59,004 nt of DNA from Thermoleophilia bacterium (GCA_014874265.1 JACWAM010000118.1:1-59004); one strand, 5' to 3'. Shown: positions 1-9,384, counted from the stretch's first letter. Numbers and translations are program-made. Notes: generated by a model from the sequence alone, not told the origin.

Positions 1-60
1 GCAATCTTCCTCCGTTTTGTACATCTCCATAAATTCCATGAGTGTCTTGGGGCCGATCAT
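1..60 (-). CDS. IS1595-family transposase, N-terminus only (runs off the window edge)
   Basis: AGGAGG RBS at 72-67 and ATG at 60-58 give MIGPKTLMEFMEMYKTEEDC, which resembles the EF..F.TEE.C start preceding the IS1595 zinc ribbon. A 24-bp terminal repeat lies upstream. Confidence 0.7.
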   Translation of the reverse strand, partial: MIGPKTLMEFMEMYKTEEDC

Positions 61-138
61 GAGATACCTCCTGTTTTTGTTTACTAACAGAAGATATCAG
101 CCGGTTCGGACGGAACCTGAACGAGTTGTATGATCAGT
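1..138 (-). mobile_element. Left end of an IS1595-like insertion sequence; TIR ACTGATCATACAACTCGTTCAGGT (138-115)
   Basis: The same 24-bp terminus recurs as the ends of three short elements with 8-bp flanking duplications elsewhere in the window. Confidence 0.7.
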
Positions 139-175
139 TAATCCAAAGTCAAATATACAAAATCAAAATCCGCTT

Positions 176-466
176 TTACTTGACGTGCTGGATATATTTC
201 ATAAAAACTTCAAAAGCTTCATCAACCGCCAGATCATCGAGGCCCAATTCTTCCGTGCTCTGTCGGAGGCACTCTTTCATTCTGTTGCTGATCAGGAAGA
301 CCCCGACCCGGTCGAGGGCCGCCCGGGTGGCGACCAGTTGCGTTAGCACGTCCTCACAGCGTTTGTCTTCGGAAATCATCCTCTGAAGGCCGCGCACCTG
401 ACCTTCAATCCGCCTCAGCCTGTTGAGCACTTTCTCTGTGTCTGTCTTTGCTTCCGCTTCGATCAC
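176..466 (-). CDS. CsoR/RcnR-family repressor, CstR-like (two Cys, no metal-ligand His)
   Basis: NRLRRIEGQVRGLQRMI..C.DVLTQLVATRAALDRV..ISNRMKECL. GTG start at 466; an in-frame upstream TTG is possible. Confidence 0.9.
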   Translation of the reverse strand: MIEAEAKTDTEKVLNRLRRIEGQVRGLQRMISEDKRCEDVLTQLVATRAALDRVGVFLISNRMKECLRQSTEELGLDDLAVDEAFEVFMKYIQHVK

Positions 467-607
467 CTCATCACTAAATGTTAAACGAGCATAAGAGTCT
501 ATCCCGGCAGGTGCATCCTGCCGGAACAATCCCTTCGCTTCTTCGCAGGAAGTAATGCCAATCGAGCGCAGTGCAGGCTGTCCCAATTGCCTCCCTGACC
601 CCGGTCT

Positions 608-650
608 TACCCCTGCGGGTATTATCACACGAGGTTTCCGGAGGCGTCAA
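608..650 (-). promoter_or_regulatory. Promoter TTGACG-N18-GATAAT with adjoining CsoR/CstR-type operator TACCCCTGCGGGTA (608-621)
   Basis: A TAC-C-tract/G-tract-GTA pseudo-palindrome typical of CsoR-family operators abuts the -10 element upstream of the repressor gene. Confidence 0.65.
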
Positions 651-708
651 GAATGAAAACACCGGCAATGCTACAATCAATCTGGCTTTCCACGAAGATG
701 ACACGATC

Positions 709-1581
709 ATGTTCAAGGTTCTGGACCCGCCAAGCAACAGGAATCATGCCGATAAAAAGGTAATCAGCTGTTCACGGCGCACCGACATCCCCAGGTGCCA
801 TTCCGGATGGCTGGAAGAAGCTCTCCGCGCCGGCAGCGTCAACTTTCGTTCTCCGAGAGGAATGGAAAAGGAGGTTTCTTTAAGGGAAGAGAATGTTCAT
901 TCGATTGTCCTCTGGTCGAAAGGCTACCGGCCGTTGCTTTGCCGCGCCGGGCTGGTTAACCGGCTGCATAATCTGAATCCATTTTTTCACTTCACCATAA
1001 CCGGTCTTGGCGGGACAGGGTGGGAGCCGGGGGTTCCACCGTGGACGGAGGCCATTATGGAAATGGCTGACCTGGTGAATATCTTTGGACCCGCACGCGT
1101 GAAATGGCGTTTTGACCCAGTGATTCACTGGCGCGATGAAAACGGCGCCCTCAAATCAAATCTGCCTCTTTTTTCCGTCATCGGAGAACGAGTCGCGGCT
1201 CTGGGCGTTCCGGAATGCACCTTCTCTTTTATCCACTGGTACACCAAAAGTAAGCACAGGGCTCAAAGAAGCAGACGTGAGTATCTCGAACTGACGGCTG
1301 AATCAAAGCTGGATGCGGCCCGTCAGCTTGCTCGTGAAGCCGGCCTCCTTGGAATAGGCTTAAGCAGCTGCTCAAACGATGACCTGCTGACAGTGGCGGG
1401 AATCACCAAAGCCAGCTGTGTTAACGGCCGTTTTCTCGCCGGGCTAAGAGAAGACGGGGAAGCCGTTTCCGTTGCCAAGGACCGTTCCCAGCGAGAGCAG
1501 TGCGGCTGCACCGTGAGCATCGATATCGGGAGCTACCAGCAATGCTGCGAAGCCCCCTGCGTTTACTGTTACGCCAACTAG
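709..1581 (+). CDS. DUF1848 family protein (radical SAM-like, Fe-S)
   Basis: ISCSRRTDIP N-terminal signature, WRFDP, QREQCGC..SIDIG.Y..C...CVYCYAN C-terminus. Confidence 0.85.
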   Translation: MFKVLDPPSNRNHADKKVISCSRRTDIPRCHSGWLEEALRAGSVNFRSPRGMEKEVSLREENVHSIVLWSKGYRPLLCRAGLVNRLHNLNPFFHFTITGLGGTGWEPGVPPWTEAIMEMADLVNIFGPARVKWRFDPVIHWRDENGALKSNLPLFSVIGERVAALGVPECTFSFIHWYTKSKHRAQRSRREYLELTAESKLDAARQLAREAGLLGIGLSSCSNDDLLTVAGITKASCVNGRFLAGLREDGEAVSVAKDRSQREQCGCTVSIDIGSYQQCCEAPCVYCYAN

Positions 1582-1602
1582 CCCGCAGGTGGCTGAGAAA
1601 AA

Positions 1603-1785
1603 CTATCTCTTCGCCGTCAGCAGGCTAAAGGTGGCGATTCCGATCAGCACGGTCACAAATCCAAAGATATACAGAGCGGTCGTTTTCTGGCTGTCAGAAA
1701 GCCACCAGGCGCTCGTGAAGATAATAATGCCGAAAATTATCTGAGCTGCTGCAACAATCGTAGCGCGGTCGGTTTTCATCGCCAC
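1603..1785 (-). CDS. Small two-TM membrane protein
   Basis: GGAGG at the start region and two hydrophobic helices. Confidence 0.6.
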   Translation of the reverse strand: MAMKTDRATIVAAAQIIFGIIIFTSAWWLSDSQKTTALYIFGFVTVLIGIATFSLLTAKR

Positions 1786-1953
1786 CTCCGGTTGGTTTGG
1801 AAAGTAATTCTAAAAGGATGCTATTTTTTCCTCTACAATCTGGCAGTTTCACCAGTCTCTTAAACATGACAGCTTAAGCCTTTCCCCAACCGGAGGGCCG
1901 TCTCTGATAATATATGCCTCTGCTAAAGGTATATTTTTTAAGACGTGGATTAA

Positions 1954-2508
1954 TTGGCAGACGTTAATCATAAATATGAGCGGCTCAGGGCGCTCCTGCT
2001 GGAGAAGGCTTACCTGACAGGCGATTTTGTTCTCACCTCCGGCAGGCACAGCAGGCATTATTTCGACTGCAAGCGTGTCACGCTCGATCCGGAAGGGCTC
2101 TCCATCGCCGCGGAGCTGATCGTTGAAAAAATGAAAGCGGCTGAAATTACCGTCATTGGCGGCCTTGCCATCGGGGCTGATCCGATTGTGGCCGGAACCG
2201 TCGCCGCCAGCTGGCGGATGGGATATCCGATATCAGGAGTGATAGTCAGGAAAGAACCCAAATCGCACGGGACCAGCAGATGGATCGAGGGCCCGGCGGC
2301 CCCAGGCGTTAAAGTCGCCGTGGTGGACGATGTTGCTACCAGCGGCGGCTCCATCATCAAGGCAATTGAAATCTGCCGCCAGGAAGGACTTCTGCCCGTG
2401 GTTGCTTACTCCCTCGTCGACCGCGAGGAAGGCGGCGCCGGCGCGATCATGTCAGACGGTAAGGTTCCGTTTGATCCTTTGTTTAAATTTGGTGATCTTT
2501 TTAAGTGA
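1954..2508 (+). CDS. pyrE: Orotate phosphoribosyltransferase
   Basis: GDFVLTSGRHS.HYFD, RKEPK.HG and PRPP motif VVDDVATSGGS. Confidence 0.95.
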   Translation: MADVNHKYERLRALLLEKAYLTGDFVLTSGRHSRHYFDCKRVTLDPEGLSIAAELIVEKMKAAEITVIGGLAIGADPIVAGTVAASWRMGYPISGVIVRKEPKSHGTSRWIEGPAAPGVKVAVVDDVATSGGSIIKAIEICRQEGLLPVVAYSLVDREEGGAGAIMSDGKVPFDPLFKFGDLFK

Positions 2509-2551
2509 CGTTTACGCTGCGTCACAGGTAAAGACCAGGTTAAAAATCCGG

Positions 2552-3112
2552 TCAAACCGGCCCCTGGAAAAGCAGCCGGCTGCAAACGGCGCAGAACCCA
2601 GGCCCCTTGCGGTCAGTATCTTCAATCGTGTTGGAGAAGTGCATGATACATGCCGGGTTGGGACAGTGGGCGAGCCCAAAGACGTGGCCCAGCTCATGCA
2701 CCACCTCCTTTTCAGTTCTTTCCTCAAACAGCTGTCTATTGGGCGGCTTTGCGTAAAACTCAGGCCGCAACCGCGCCAGTGAGACAAGGGCGCAGCCTCT
2801 TGCCTGATCGGTCTGGCCAAACACGTAATTAAGGCGGGGGACAAATAGGTCCAGGTCCGTGATGCCGAGAAGGGCAAACGGTCCCCCGGTTAATTCATCC
2901 GCTGCGGGCATTCGGGACAGCAGGGAGCCAGACCGGTACTGGCGCCGGCCCTTGTCGAGAGCGCCCCATGGGGGTTCCAGCAGATCGCCGGTGCGCGCAG
3001 TCAGGTTGAAAGTTGCGGCGGCGCTGCGTCCTACCATGGCGGCAAAATCCGCTCCGATCCCGGAAAATGGATATACGATCAATCCCCGGGCGTTCTTGAG
3101 AAACAACGTCAT
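2552..3112 (-). CDS. Archaemetzincin (M54) zinc metalloprotease
   Basis: LNYVFG, HELGHVFGLAHC..CIMHFSN..DTDRK..FC..C. Confidence 0.9.
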   Translation of the reverse strand: MTLFLKNARGLIVYPFSGIGADFAAMVGRSAAATFNLTARTGDLLEPPWGALDKGRRQYRSGSLLSRMPAADELTGGPFALLGITDLDLFVPRLNYVFGQTDQARGCALVSLARLRPEFYAKPPNRQLFEERTEKEVVHELGHVFGLAHCPNPACIMHFSNTIEDTDRKGPGFCAVCSRLLFQGPV

Positions 3113-3297
3113 GTTAGCCCTGGCTATTTTCTTCCTCTGACTCTTGTACTCTAACACGGCGGCGAAGATGCGGCCGGCACCGGCGCCATTCCAGGCAAAG
3201 GGGTAGAACATGGCTTAAAGTAAATGAAAGGATCCGTCATCTTGCTTTGCTAAACTGAATTCAGGTCTTCGGGTCTTAAATTCATTTCCATTTATCC

Positions 3298-4467
3298 ATG
3301 CATAATGCCGACAAACTCGACCTTTTAACTTCGGGCGCCAGCTATGACCTGGCCTGCGCCTGCGGAGGCGAGCAGCAAGCGCGCATCCGCGGCTCGTGGG
3401 GCCGCTGGATATATCCTGCTGTTCTTCCCGATGGAAGAAGGGTGCCTCTTCTTAAAATTCTGCTGTCTAATTCATGCTCGCAAGACTGCGCCTATTGCGC
3501 GAACCGGAGGGGAAGGAAATTCGTCCGGACCTCATTTCGTCCCAAAGAGATGGCGCAAATTTTTATGGAGCTCAACCGTCAGGGGCGCGTCGGCGGCCTG
3601 TTTCTCAGCTCGGCGATTAGCGGCAGCGCAATTAACAGCATGGAGCAGATGCTCAAGACGATCGAGCTGGTCCGGTTCTGGCGCGGATACAAAGGCTGGG
3701 TGCACCTGAAGATCCTTCCCGGCGCTTCCCGCCAACAGGTCGAGCGCGCCGCCAGGCTTGCCAACCGCCTTTCCCTGAACCTGGAAGCTCCAAGCCCGGC
3801 ACGACTTAAGGCCATCTCATCGAAAAAGCGATTCACGGAGGATATTTACCGGCGGATGGAGTGGATTAAAAATCTGGCCAGCTCCGGCGGTTACCGTTGC
3901 CGCGGGCAGACAACCCAGTTTGTCGTGGGCGCCGGCGAGGAAACAGATCGTGAGTTTGCTTTCCTGTCCGGCAAACTTTACGGCAGTCTCGGTCTGTCGC
4001 GCGTCTACTTTAGTGCTTTTCAACCAGTAAAGAATACGCCCCTATGGTCCAGGCCGCCGGCGGCTTTTGAGCGGGAGCACCGGCTTTATCAAGCAGATTT
4101 TCTGCTGAGAAAATATGGATTTACCGCAGACGAACTCGTTTTTGACCGAAACGGAAATCTTCCTCTGGGAAATGATCCGAAAACTTCCTGGGCGAGCATC
4201 CATCCTGAGGCATTTCCGGTGGAAGTTAACACGGCGCCGCGCCAACAACTTTTAAGGGTTCCGGGAATTGGACCTGTCGCCGCGGCCCGAATCATCAGGA
4301 GCAGAAGACAGGGAAAACTTTTGACCCTGGATCACCTAAAATCCACTGGCGCCCGGGCTGACTGCGCTCCTTTTATCCTGCTTGACGGCAAGCGTCCAGC
4401 GGATGTTCGCGGCGCCCAACTTAGCCTGTTTGTGCCGGCCGCGGGCTTCAGCGCGGTTTCGGGCTGA
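3298..4467 (+). CDS. Putative DNA modification/repair radical SAM protein (TIGR03916-like) with HhH
   Basis: LLKILLSNSCSQDCAYCANR, REHRLYQADFLLRKYGF, FPVEVNTA..LLRVPGIG. Confidence 0.9.
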   Translation: MHNADKLDLLTSGASYDLACACGGEQQARIRGSWGRWIYPAVLPDGRRVPLLKILLSNSCSQDCAYCANRRGRKFVRTSFRPKEMAQIFMELNRQGRVGGLFLSSAISGSAINSMEQMLKTIELVRFWRGYKGWVHLKILPGASRQQVERAARLANRLSLNLEAPSPARLKAISSKKRFTEDIYRRMEWIKNLASSGGYRCRGQTTQFVVGAGEETDREFAFLSGKLYGSLGLSRVYFSAFQPVKNTPLWSRPPAAFEREHRLYQADFLLRKYGFTADELVFDRNGNLPLGNDPKTSWASIHPEAFPVEVNTAPRQQLLRVPGIGPVAAARIIRSRRQGKLLTLDHLKSTGARADCAPFILLDGKRPADVRGAQLSLFVPAAGFSAVSG

Positions 4468-4794
4468 GTTTGAACTGATAATATAACTTGCCTCCCGCGT
4501 TTCTCTCCTGCAGGAAAGGTTATGATATAAATTAGGCCAGGGATATTATCATTCGTCCACTAATCAAAGGATAACTTTATCAACCGGCAGAAACAACATA
4601 TTGTTGCCGTCCATTACTTCTTCCTTCTAAAGCAAGATGAAGAGGACCTCCGAAAGCTCTGGAGCGCTCTTGGCTCTCAAGCAGGTCCTGCTGGCGGCGA
4701 GTCTCATGTAAATGCCGGTGCCGCCGAACTGGTCTCGGCAGGCCGGTGCCGCCTGATTCACCGCGCTTACGGCTCCGACAAGGACTTTTGTCTG

Positions 4795-6021
4795 ATGATG
4801 CTTGCCGATTTGGCTCTGGTGGAGGTTTTATACCGGCGCAGTTCTCCCGTGGTTTCCGACCAGGAGTGGCGGCAGGTTCTAAATGAGATCGAAGCGGGCC
4901 GCTCGCTGGTTGAAAAAGAGAATATCACGCTTTACGGGGAAACGACCGCGCTAGCCGTGGACGCGGGCGGCGCCCGGGAAGCGCTCATACTGGCGGTATC
5001 AAGGGAGCGACGCGGCGGCCAGAGCGATTTCGAGACAGGTCTGCCTCCCATGGAACCGTTGCTTGGAAGCGAGCTGGACCCGGATCTCGGCAATGGCGCC
5101 GCGGTTCTTTTCAACATCCCTCAAGCCTCGCCGGCGACTCGCGATTATTATGCGGTTTCGGGCGGGGATCCTGACCGGGTGCTTACACTAGTATTGCCGG
5201 AGATCGACGCCGCCATTAAAAACTTGCGGTATCAAGTTGCTTACTTTTCCCACCAACGGCTGACGATCGCGGATGAGCGCGCCCAGATCGATGAAAAGGT
5301 GGGCGGGCTGCTTCACGAGCGAGTAGTCAGGGTAATTGATGAACCCGAGGGCGCCGGTCATCTGGAAGAAATGATCGCGAGCCTTTCCCGTATGTTTGGA
5401 ATGCTGGCAACTGATTCTCTGCTTGTCCGCCGTTCTGAGGACAACCTGAAAATGAGGAAGCAGGCGCTGGAATCGGTGCTGAATCTGAACTTGAACAGGA
5501 AGAACGGCGCCAGGGACGAAATCGGAGCATATTGCCTGCAAGCAGCGGCTAGCGACCTGGAAGGGGTACACGCAGAGGGGAAAAAACTTGAGCTCTCCAG
5601 GCAGAACGCCGCGGCGGCCATCGAGGTTGTCAGAACCCAGGTGGAGCTGCTCAGGACCAGAGAAGAAGCCGTTATCCAGGAGCAAACGAAAGAACTGCTT
5701 TCGCGTAGCCTGCTGGTGCAGCAGGAGCGGCTTGCCCTCCAGGTCGCGGCCGGCCTTGTCGAGTTTGTCCTCATTTTTTACTACGTGCTAAAATCTTGGG
5801 AAGGAATTGCCGGACAGGCAGTGTTTGACCGGGCGCCGGCGATGATACGGCTGCTTGCCGTTGGCGGCATGAGCACCGGAGCAGCGATTGGCACGCACTT
5901 TCTGGCCCAGGCGCTTTACAACCGTGCCTGGAAAGCTGCTGGTCTGTGGATCTCGGCAGCAGTTTTGGCTGCGTCTTTTACGGCAATGCTTGTATTGACG
6001 CTCGTGTCGCAACGGGGTTAA
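4795..6021 (+). CDS. Hypothetical protein with coiled-coil and three C-terminal TM helices (CorA/DUF3422-like architecture)
   Basis: Long ORF with a heptad region followed by hydrophobic helices. The frame is open upstream to 4564, so the true start may be earlier. Confidence 0.75.
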   Translation: MMLADLALVEVLYRRSSPVVSDQEWRQVLNEIEAGRSLVEKENITLYGETTALAVDAGGAREALILAVSRERRGGQSDFETGLPPMEPLLGSELDPDLGNGAAVLFNIPQASPATRDYYAVSGGDPDRVLTLVLPEIDAAIKNLRYQVAYFSHQRLTIADERAQIDEKVGGLLHERVVRVIDEPEGAGHLEEMIASLSRMFGMLATDSLLVRRSEDNLKMRKQALESVLNLNLNRKNGARDEIGAYCLQAAASDLEGVHAEGKKLELSRQNAAAAIEVVRTQVELLRTREEAVIQEQTKELLSRSLLVQQERLALQVAAGLVEFVLIFYYVLKSWEGIAGQAVFDRAPAMIRLLAVGGMSTGAAIGTHFLAQALYNRAWKAAGLWISAAVLAASFTAMLVLTLVSQRG

Positions 6022-6041
6022 ATTCTGGCAGGGAGAGGTTT

Positions 6042-6239
6042 TTGGACGCAATTGAGCTCATCGAGCAGGCAATCGAGAACGAGAGGCTCGCGGCACAGCG
6101 ATACCGCGAAGGCGCCGGGTCGGCGGATGATCCTGAAACCAGATCGATGTTTGAACAGCTGGCCAGATGGGAGCAAGATCACGAGCGCGTTTTACGGGAA
6201 CGGCTGGCAACACTAAAGCTGATTCGCGGCCAGCGCTGA
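6042..6239 (+). CDS. Small ferritin-like/rubrerythrin half-domain protein
   Basis: GGAGAGG RBS and TTG start. AIENE..A..Y...F..LA.WE.DH (E...ExxH diiron half motif). Confidence 0.8.
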   Translation: MDAIELIEQAIENERLAAQRYREGAGSADDPETRSMFEQLARWEQDHERVLRERLATLKLIRGQR

Positions 6240-6256
6240 AAGTTCAGGACTCTCGC

Positions 6257-6460
6257 TCAGCGCTGACGGCCAAAAAGAGCCAGAAAACCAACCGGCGCCA
6301 GCCACAATAAGACCCAAAAACCAACAGTGATGGCAAGAGGAAAGATGGCGCCGCCGCCATCCGAACCGGGGCCAACCGCCTCAAACAAAAACACTCCGGC
6401 ACCTGACAGGCAGATGACAGACCATACGATTATTAGCTGAATTCTGTTTTTTGCTGACAT
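6257..6460 (-). CDS. Small two-TM membrane protein
   Basis: ATG start and two hydrophobic helices. Confidence 0.55.
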   Translation of the reverse strand: MSAKNRIQLIIVWSVICLSGAGVFLFEAVGPGSDGGGAIFPLAITVGFWVLLWLAPVGFLALFGRQR

Positions 6461-6542
6461 GAATTACCTAAGCCCCGTCAATCCCGACTGAAATAAAACA
6501 TCCTGACTCATTGGCCGCGGCTGTTGCGGTCATCCCGCGTTC

Positions 6543-7247
6543 TTAAAAATAGCCCAGATCGCGCAGTTGCGCCATTATCTGCTCTTTTTCCTGGGCTCTG
6601 CCTTCGCGTTCCGGTCCGTCGCCGCGCGGGCGCGAACTCTTGACCGTGCAGGGCTGGCAGCCGAGACTGCGGTAACCCTGATCATATAGGGAGCAATAGG
6701 GAAGGTTATACTTCTTGATGTATGCCCAAATGTCAAGCTCGCTAAAATGAAGAATTGGCTGCACCCGGGTATGCTCCGTCCGGTCCGAGAAATATTCCTC
6801 ATCCTCACGAGCCGGCTGCTCGTCCCAGCGAACGCCCGTGATCAGCGCTTTCCATCCGTTTTTTGCAACCGCCATGTCGATTGCCTCCGCCTTTAGCACC
6901 AAGCAGCATTGCTCATGGTCTTCGGCAATCTTGATTTTTTTAAGCCCTTCGTGATTCGTGGTAATAACCAGAACAAGGTTCCACTCCCGGGCCAGGCGGT
7001 CACGGAACTCGATAACCTCTTTGAATTTAACAGTGGTGTCAAGGTTAAGCACCGGGATGGGGACGTTGCCTGCACCGATGCGCTTTAGCATATGCAAAAC
7101 AGTGAGCGAGTCTTTCCCGCCGGTGAAGGTAGTCGCTATCTTTCCCTGGAAGCGCTCCAGCGCCTGCCTGAGCACCTCGAGGCTTCGCGCTTCTTTCTCT
7201 TCCAGAGCCTGTTCCTGCTCTGGGAGGCCGCCTGCTTTGTCAGTCAT
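6543..7247 (-). CDS. cysH: APS/PAPS reductase family protein (Fe-S type)
   Basis: FTGGKDS, LDT..KF.E, EQCC..LK, ITGVRWDE, GYRSLGCQPCT. The CC plus CxxC motifs indicate the APS-reductase type. Confidence 0.8.
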   Translation of the reverse strand: MTDKAGGLPEQEQALEEKEARSLEVLRQALERFQGKIATTFTGGKDSLTVLHMLKRIGAGNVPIPVLNLDTTVKFKEVIEFRDRLAREWNLVLVITTNHEGLKKIKIAEDHEQCCLVLKAEAIDMAVAKNGWKALITGVRWDEQPAREDEEYFSDRTEHTRVQPILHFSELDIWAYIKKYNLPYCSLYDQGYRSLGCQPCTVKSSRPRGDGPEREGRAQEKEQIMAQLRDLGYF

Positions 7248-7360
7248 TTTTTCCCTAGAACTCTGGCCGGTCAGTCTGTGGAGGCCGGCTGCTTTATGAA
7301 TTATTGTACCGCAACCGGAACAATTAGTCGCCATTTTTTTGGAATCTAAGCATTCAGAAA

Positions 7361-7502
7361 ATTGATCATACAAATGGCTCAGGTAAGCCTGTCATCCTAA
7401 GCAAAAGCGAAGGATCTGGGGTTTAATCCCATATTCTTCACCGCCTGCAGCGACCCAGAATGACAAATCATTATCTGTCCTTTAGTGAATTGTATGATCA
7501 TG
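7361..7502. mobile_element. MITE copy A (IS1595-like TIRs, perfect 8-bp TSD TTCAGAAA)
   Basis: Left end ATTGATCATACAAATGGCTCAGGT, right end ...ATTGTATGATCATG. TTCAGAAA at 7353-7360 and 7503-7510. Internal TGTCAT...ATGACA hairpin at 7390-7465. Confidence 0.85.
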
Positions 7503-7590
7503 TTCAGAAAATTTATCAGGCAACCCTGGTAGACGAACGGATTAAACTGTTTCCCATTGCCGCAGGCGGATTTGCTAAAAAAGTGTTTTT

Positions 7591-9384
7591 CTACTTTACC
7601 TGCAGGCTGCGCATCCGGTTAAAGGCAGCCGCGATCTCGAAACGGCGCGGAAGCGCATAGTCTCCGGGATGCCCATCCGGGGAAGCCGCGGCCGGGGCAC
7701 CGGCCTCGCCACCAGACTCAGGTCGGAATCCGTTAACTGCCCCGCCGGGGCCGCCAAAGGGACTGATGATCCCCAGGCCGCCAAGCTCAACATCGGCAAG
7801 CAGCCTGTCAAGAATCTGCTTTATGTCTGTCTGACCATCATAATAGCCGCGCCTGAGCCCATACAGGATCAGATCGCCGATAGCGCGGGTTTGGCTTAGA
7901 TCAACGAGCTGTTCCAGACCATCAAGGTTTACAACCTGTCCTCCGAAATGGATCGTCTTCAGATCCCGGGCTCCTACTTTTTCCCGCCGGCCGCGGCGGG
8001 GATCGATGCCATGAGCGAGCGGCACTCTGGCAGTTAGCGCTCCAAACCCTTGCGGCGCCTCAACTCTACGTACATCTTGGCGGGAAGCAGCCACCCGGTG
8101 GGCTTCTGCGGTGATTATTTCCGGCCGGTAATTTTTCATGGCAATTACCGTATCTGCAACTTCAAAATAATCCCCCGATCCGCCCATCACCAGGACCGTA
8201 GAGACGCCATGCTCTTTCTTGAGATCACGAACCCTGTCAATAAACGGCGTAATCGGCTCTGAGCTTTTGGGAATCAGCCTTTGCATAAGCTCGTCACGAA
8301 TCATGAAATTGCTGGCCGACGTATCTTCATCGATCAGAAGCAGCCGCGACCCGGCTTCCAGGGCCTCGATAATGTTCGCCGCCTGGGAAGTGCTGCCGCT
8401 GGCATTTTCAGTACGGAATCGGACTGTATCAACGCCAAATGGGAGATTGGATATGAAAGGACTGATATTCACGCGCTCAACGCGGCGCCCGTCCTCCGCT
8501 CTTATTTTGACAGCGTCGCCGCGGGTGACGACGCCTTCCCGCCCATCCCCCGGAATATGGCAATAAACCGAGCGTTCGAGCGCATTCATCAGCGTTGATT
8601 TGCCGTGGTAGCCGCCGCCTACTATTAACGTTACCCCTTCCGCAATTCCCATTCCGCAGGTCCGGCCGCCGTTGGGCAAATCAACACATATTCGTAACTG
8701 TTCCGGGCTTTGAAAGCCCACCACCGGATCAGCCGCAAGCGGCCGGTCGCTAACCCCGCTTTCGCGGGGCAGGATTGCGCCGTCCGCCACAAAAGCAATC
8801 AGTCCCAAGCCGGGCAGCCGGCCGCGCAGCCACTCCTGGTCCTCGGCGGCCTCCACGTGAGCTTTAAGACCGGCTGCGGTATGTCCCTCGAAATAAAGAG
8901 ATGCGTCAACCAGGAGAGGAAGCTCCCCCAGAAGAATGGCTGCCGCGTCTTTCCCGCGGCAGCGCCGGCCCGAAGCAGGCAGCCCGACTGCAAACCTGAC
9001 CTCAACGAAGGATTCATTTACAACCGCCGCCGTGCGCTCGAGAATCTCCTGGCCGCCGCTGTCGACGGTGACCAGGCCTGACTTGCCTGTTCCCCGGTGT
9101 CCTTTGACATAACGGCTGACTGCTGAATCAAATGCCCGGGCAATGTAATCTTCCAGCGCGGTCTTGCGCACGTCAGTGCAGTAAAGCCGCGGCTCAAAAC
9201 CAGCGTCAGGCTGATGGACACGAACCCGCATCCGGGAAGGAGCCGCAAATGGATCCGACTGGACGTGATCCACAAAAAAGGTGAAACGGGGAAAAAGATA
9301 AGACCCTTTAATTTTGCGGTACGCTTTGTAGCCACCGCCATCGAGCTGTTCAAGTTTCTGTTTGAGGCCAGCTGCATCCATCAT
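7591..9384 (-). CDS. ABC-ATPase domain protein (COG3044-like)
   Basis: DHVQSDPFA, Walker A GGGYHGKST, RAEDGR, ASGSTSQA, LLIDEDTSASNFM. Confidence 0.9.
   Translation of the reverse strand: MMDAAGLKQKLEQLDGGGYKAYRKIKGSYLFPRFTFFVDHVQSDPFAAPSRMRVRVHQPDAGFEPRLYCTDVRKTALEDYIARAFDSAVSRYVKGHRGTGKSGLVTVDSGGQEILERTAAVVNESFVEVRFAVGLPASGRRCRGKDAAAILLGELPLLVDASLYFEGHTAAGLKAHVEAAEDQEWLRGRLPGLGLIAFVADGAILPRESGVSDRPLAADPVVGFQSPEQLRICVDLPNGGRTCGMGIAEGVTLIVGGGYHGKSTLMNALERSVYCHIPGDGREGVVTRGDAVKIRAEDGRRVERVNISPFISNLPFGVDTVRFRTENASGSTSQAANIIEALEAGSRLLLIDEDTSASNFMIRDELMQRLIPKSSEPITPFIDRVRDLKKEHGVSTVLVMGGSGDYFEVADTVIAMKNYRPEIITAEAHRVAASRQDVRRVEAPQGFGALTARVPLAHGIDPRRGRREKVGARDLKTIHFGGQVVNLDGLEQLVDLSQTRAIGDLILYGLRRGYYDGQTDIKQILDRLLADVELGGLGIISPFGGPGGAVNGFRPESGGEAGAPAAASPDGHPGDYALPRRFEIAAAFNRMRSLQVK

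Noticed and set aside
4474-4553. ACTGATAATATAACT...ATATTATCATT resembling the MITE termini
   Set aside because: Only 80 bp, no target duplication and no internal palindrome; it may be a decayed copy or just promoter sequence.
7248-7373. Extended N-terminus of cysH given by the ORF track
   Set aside because: It begins inside MITE A; the shared MYDQ/YDH peptides in small ORFs at 126 and 7460 are translations of the TIR.
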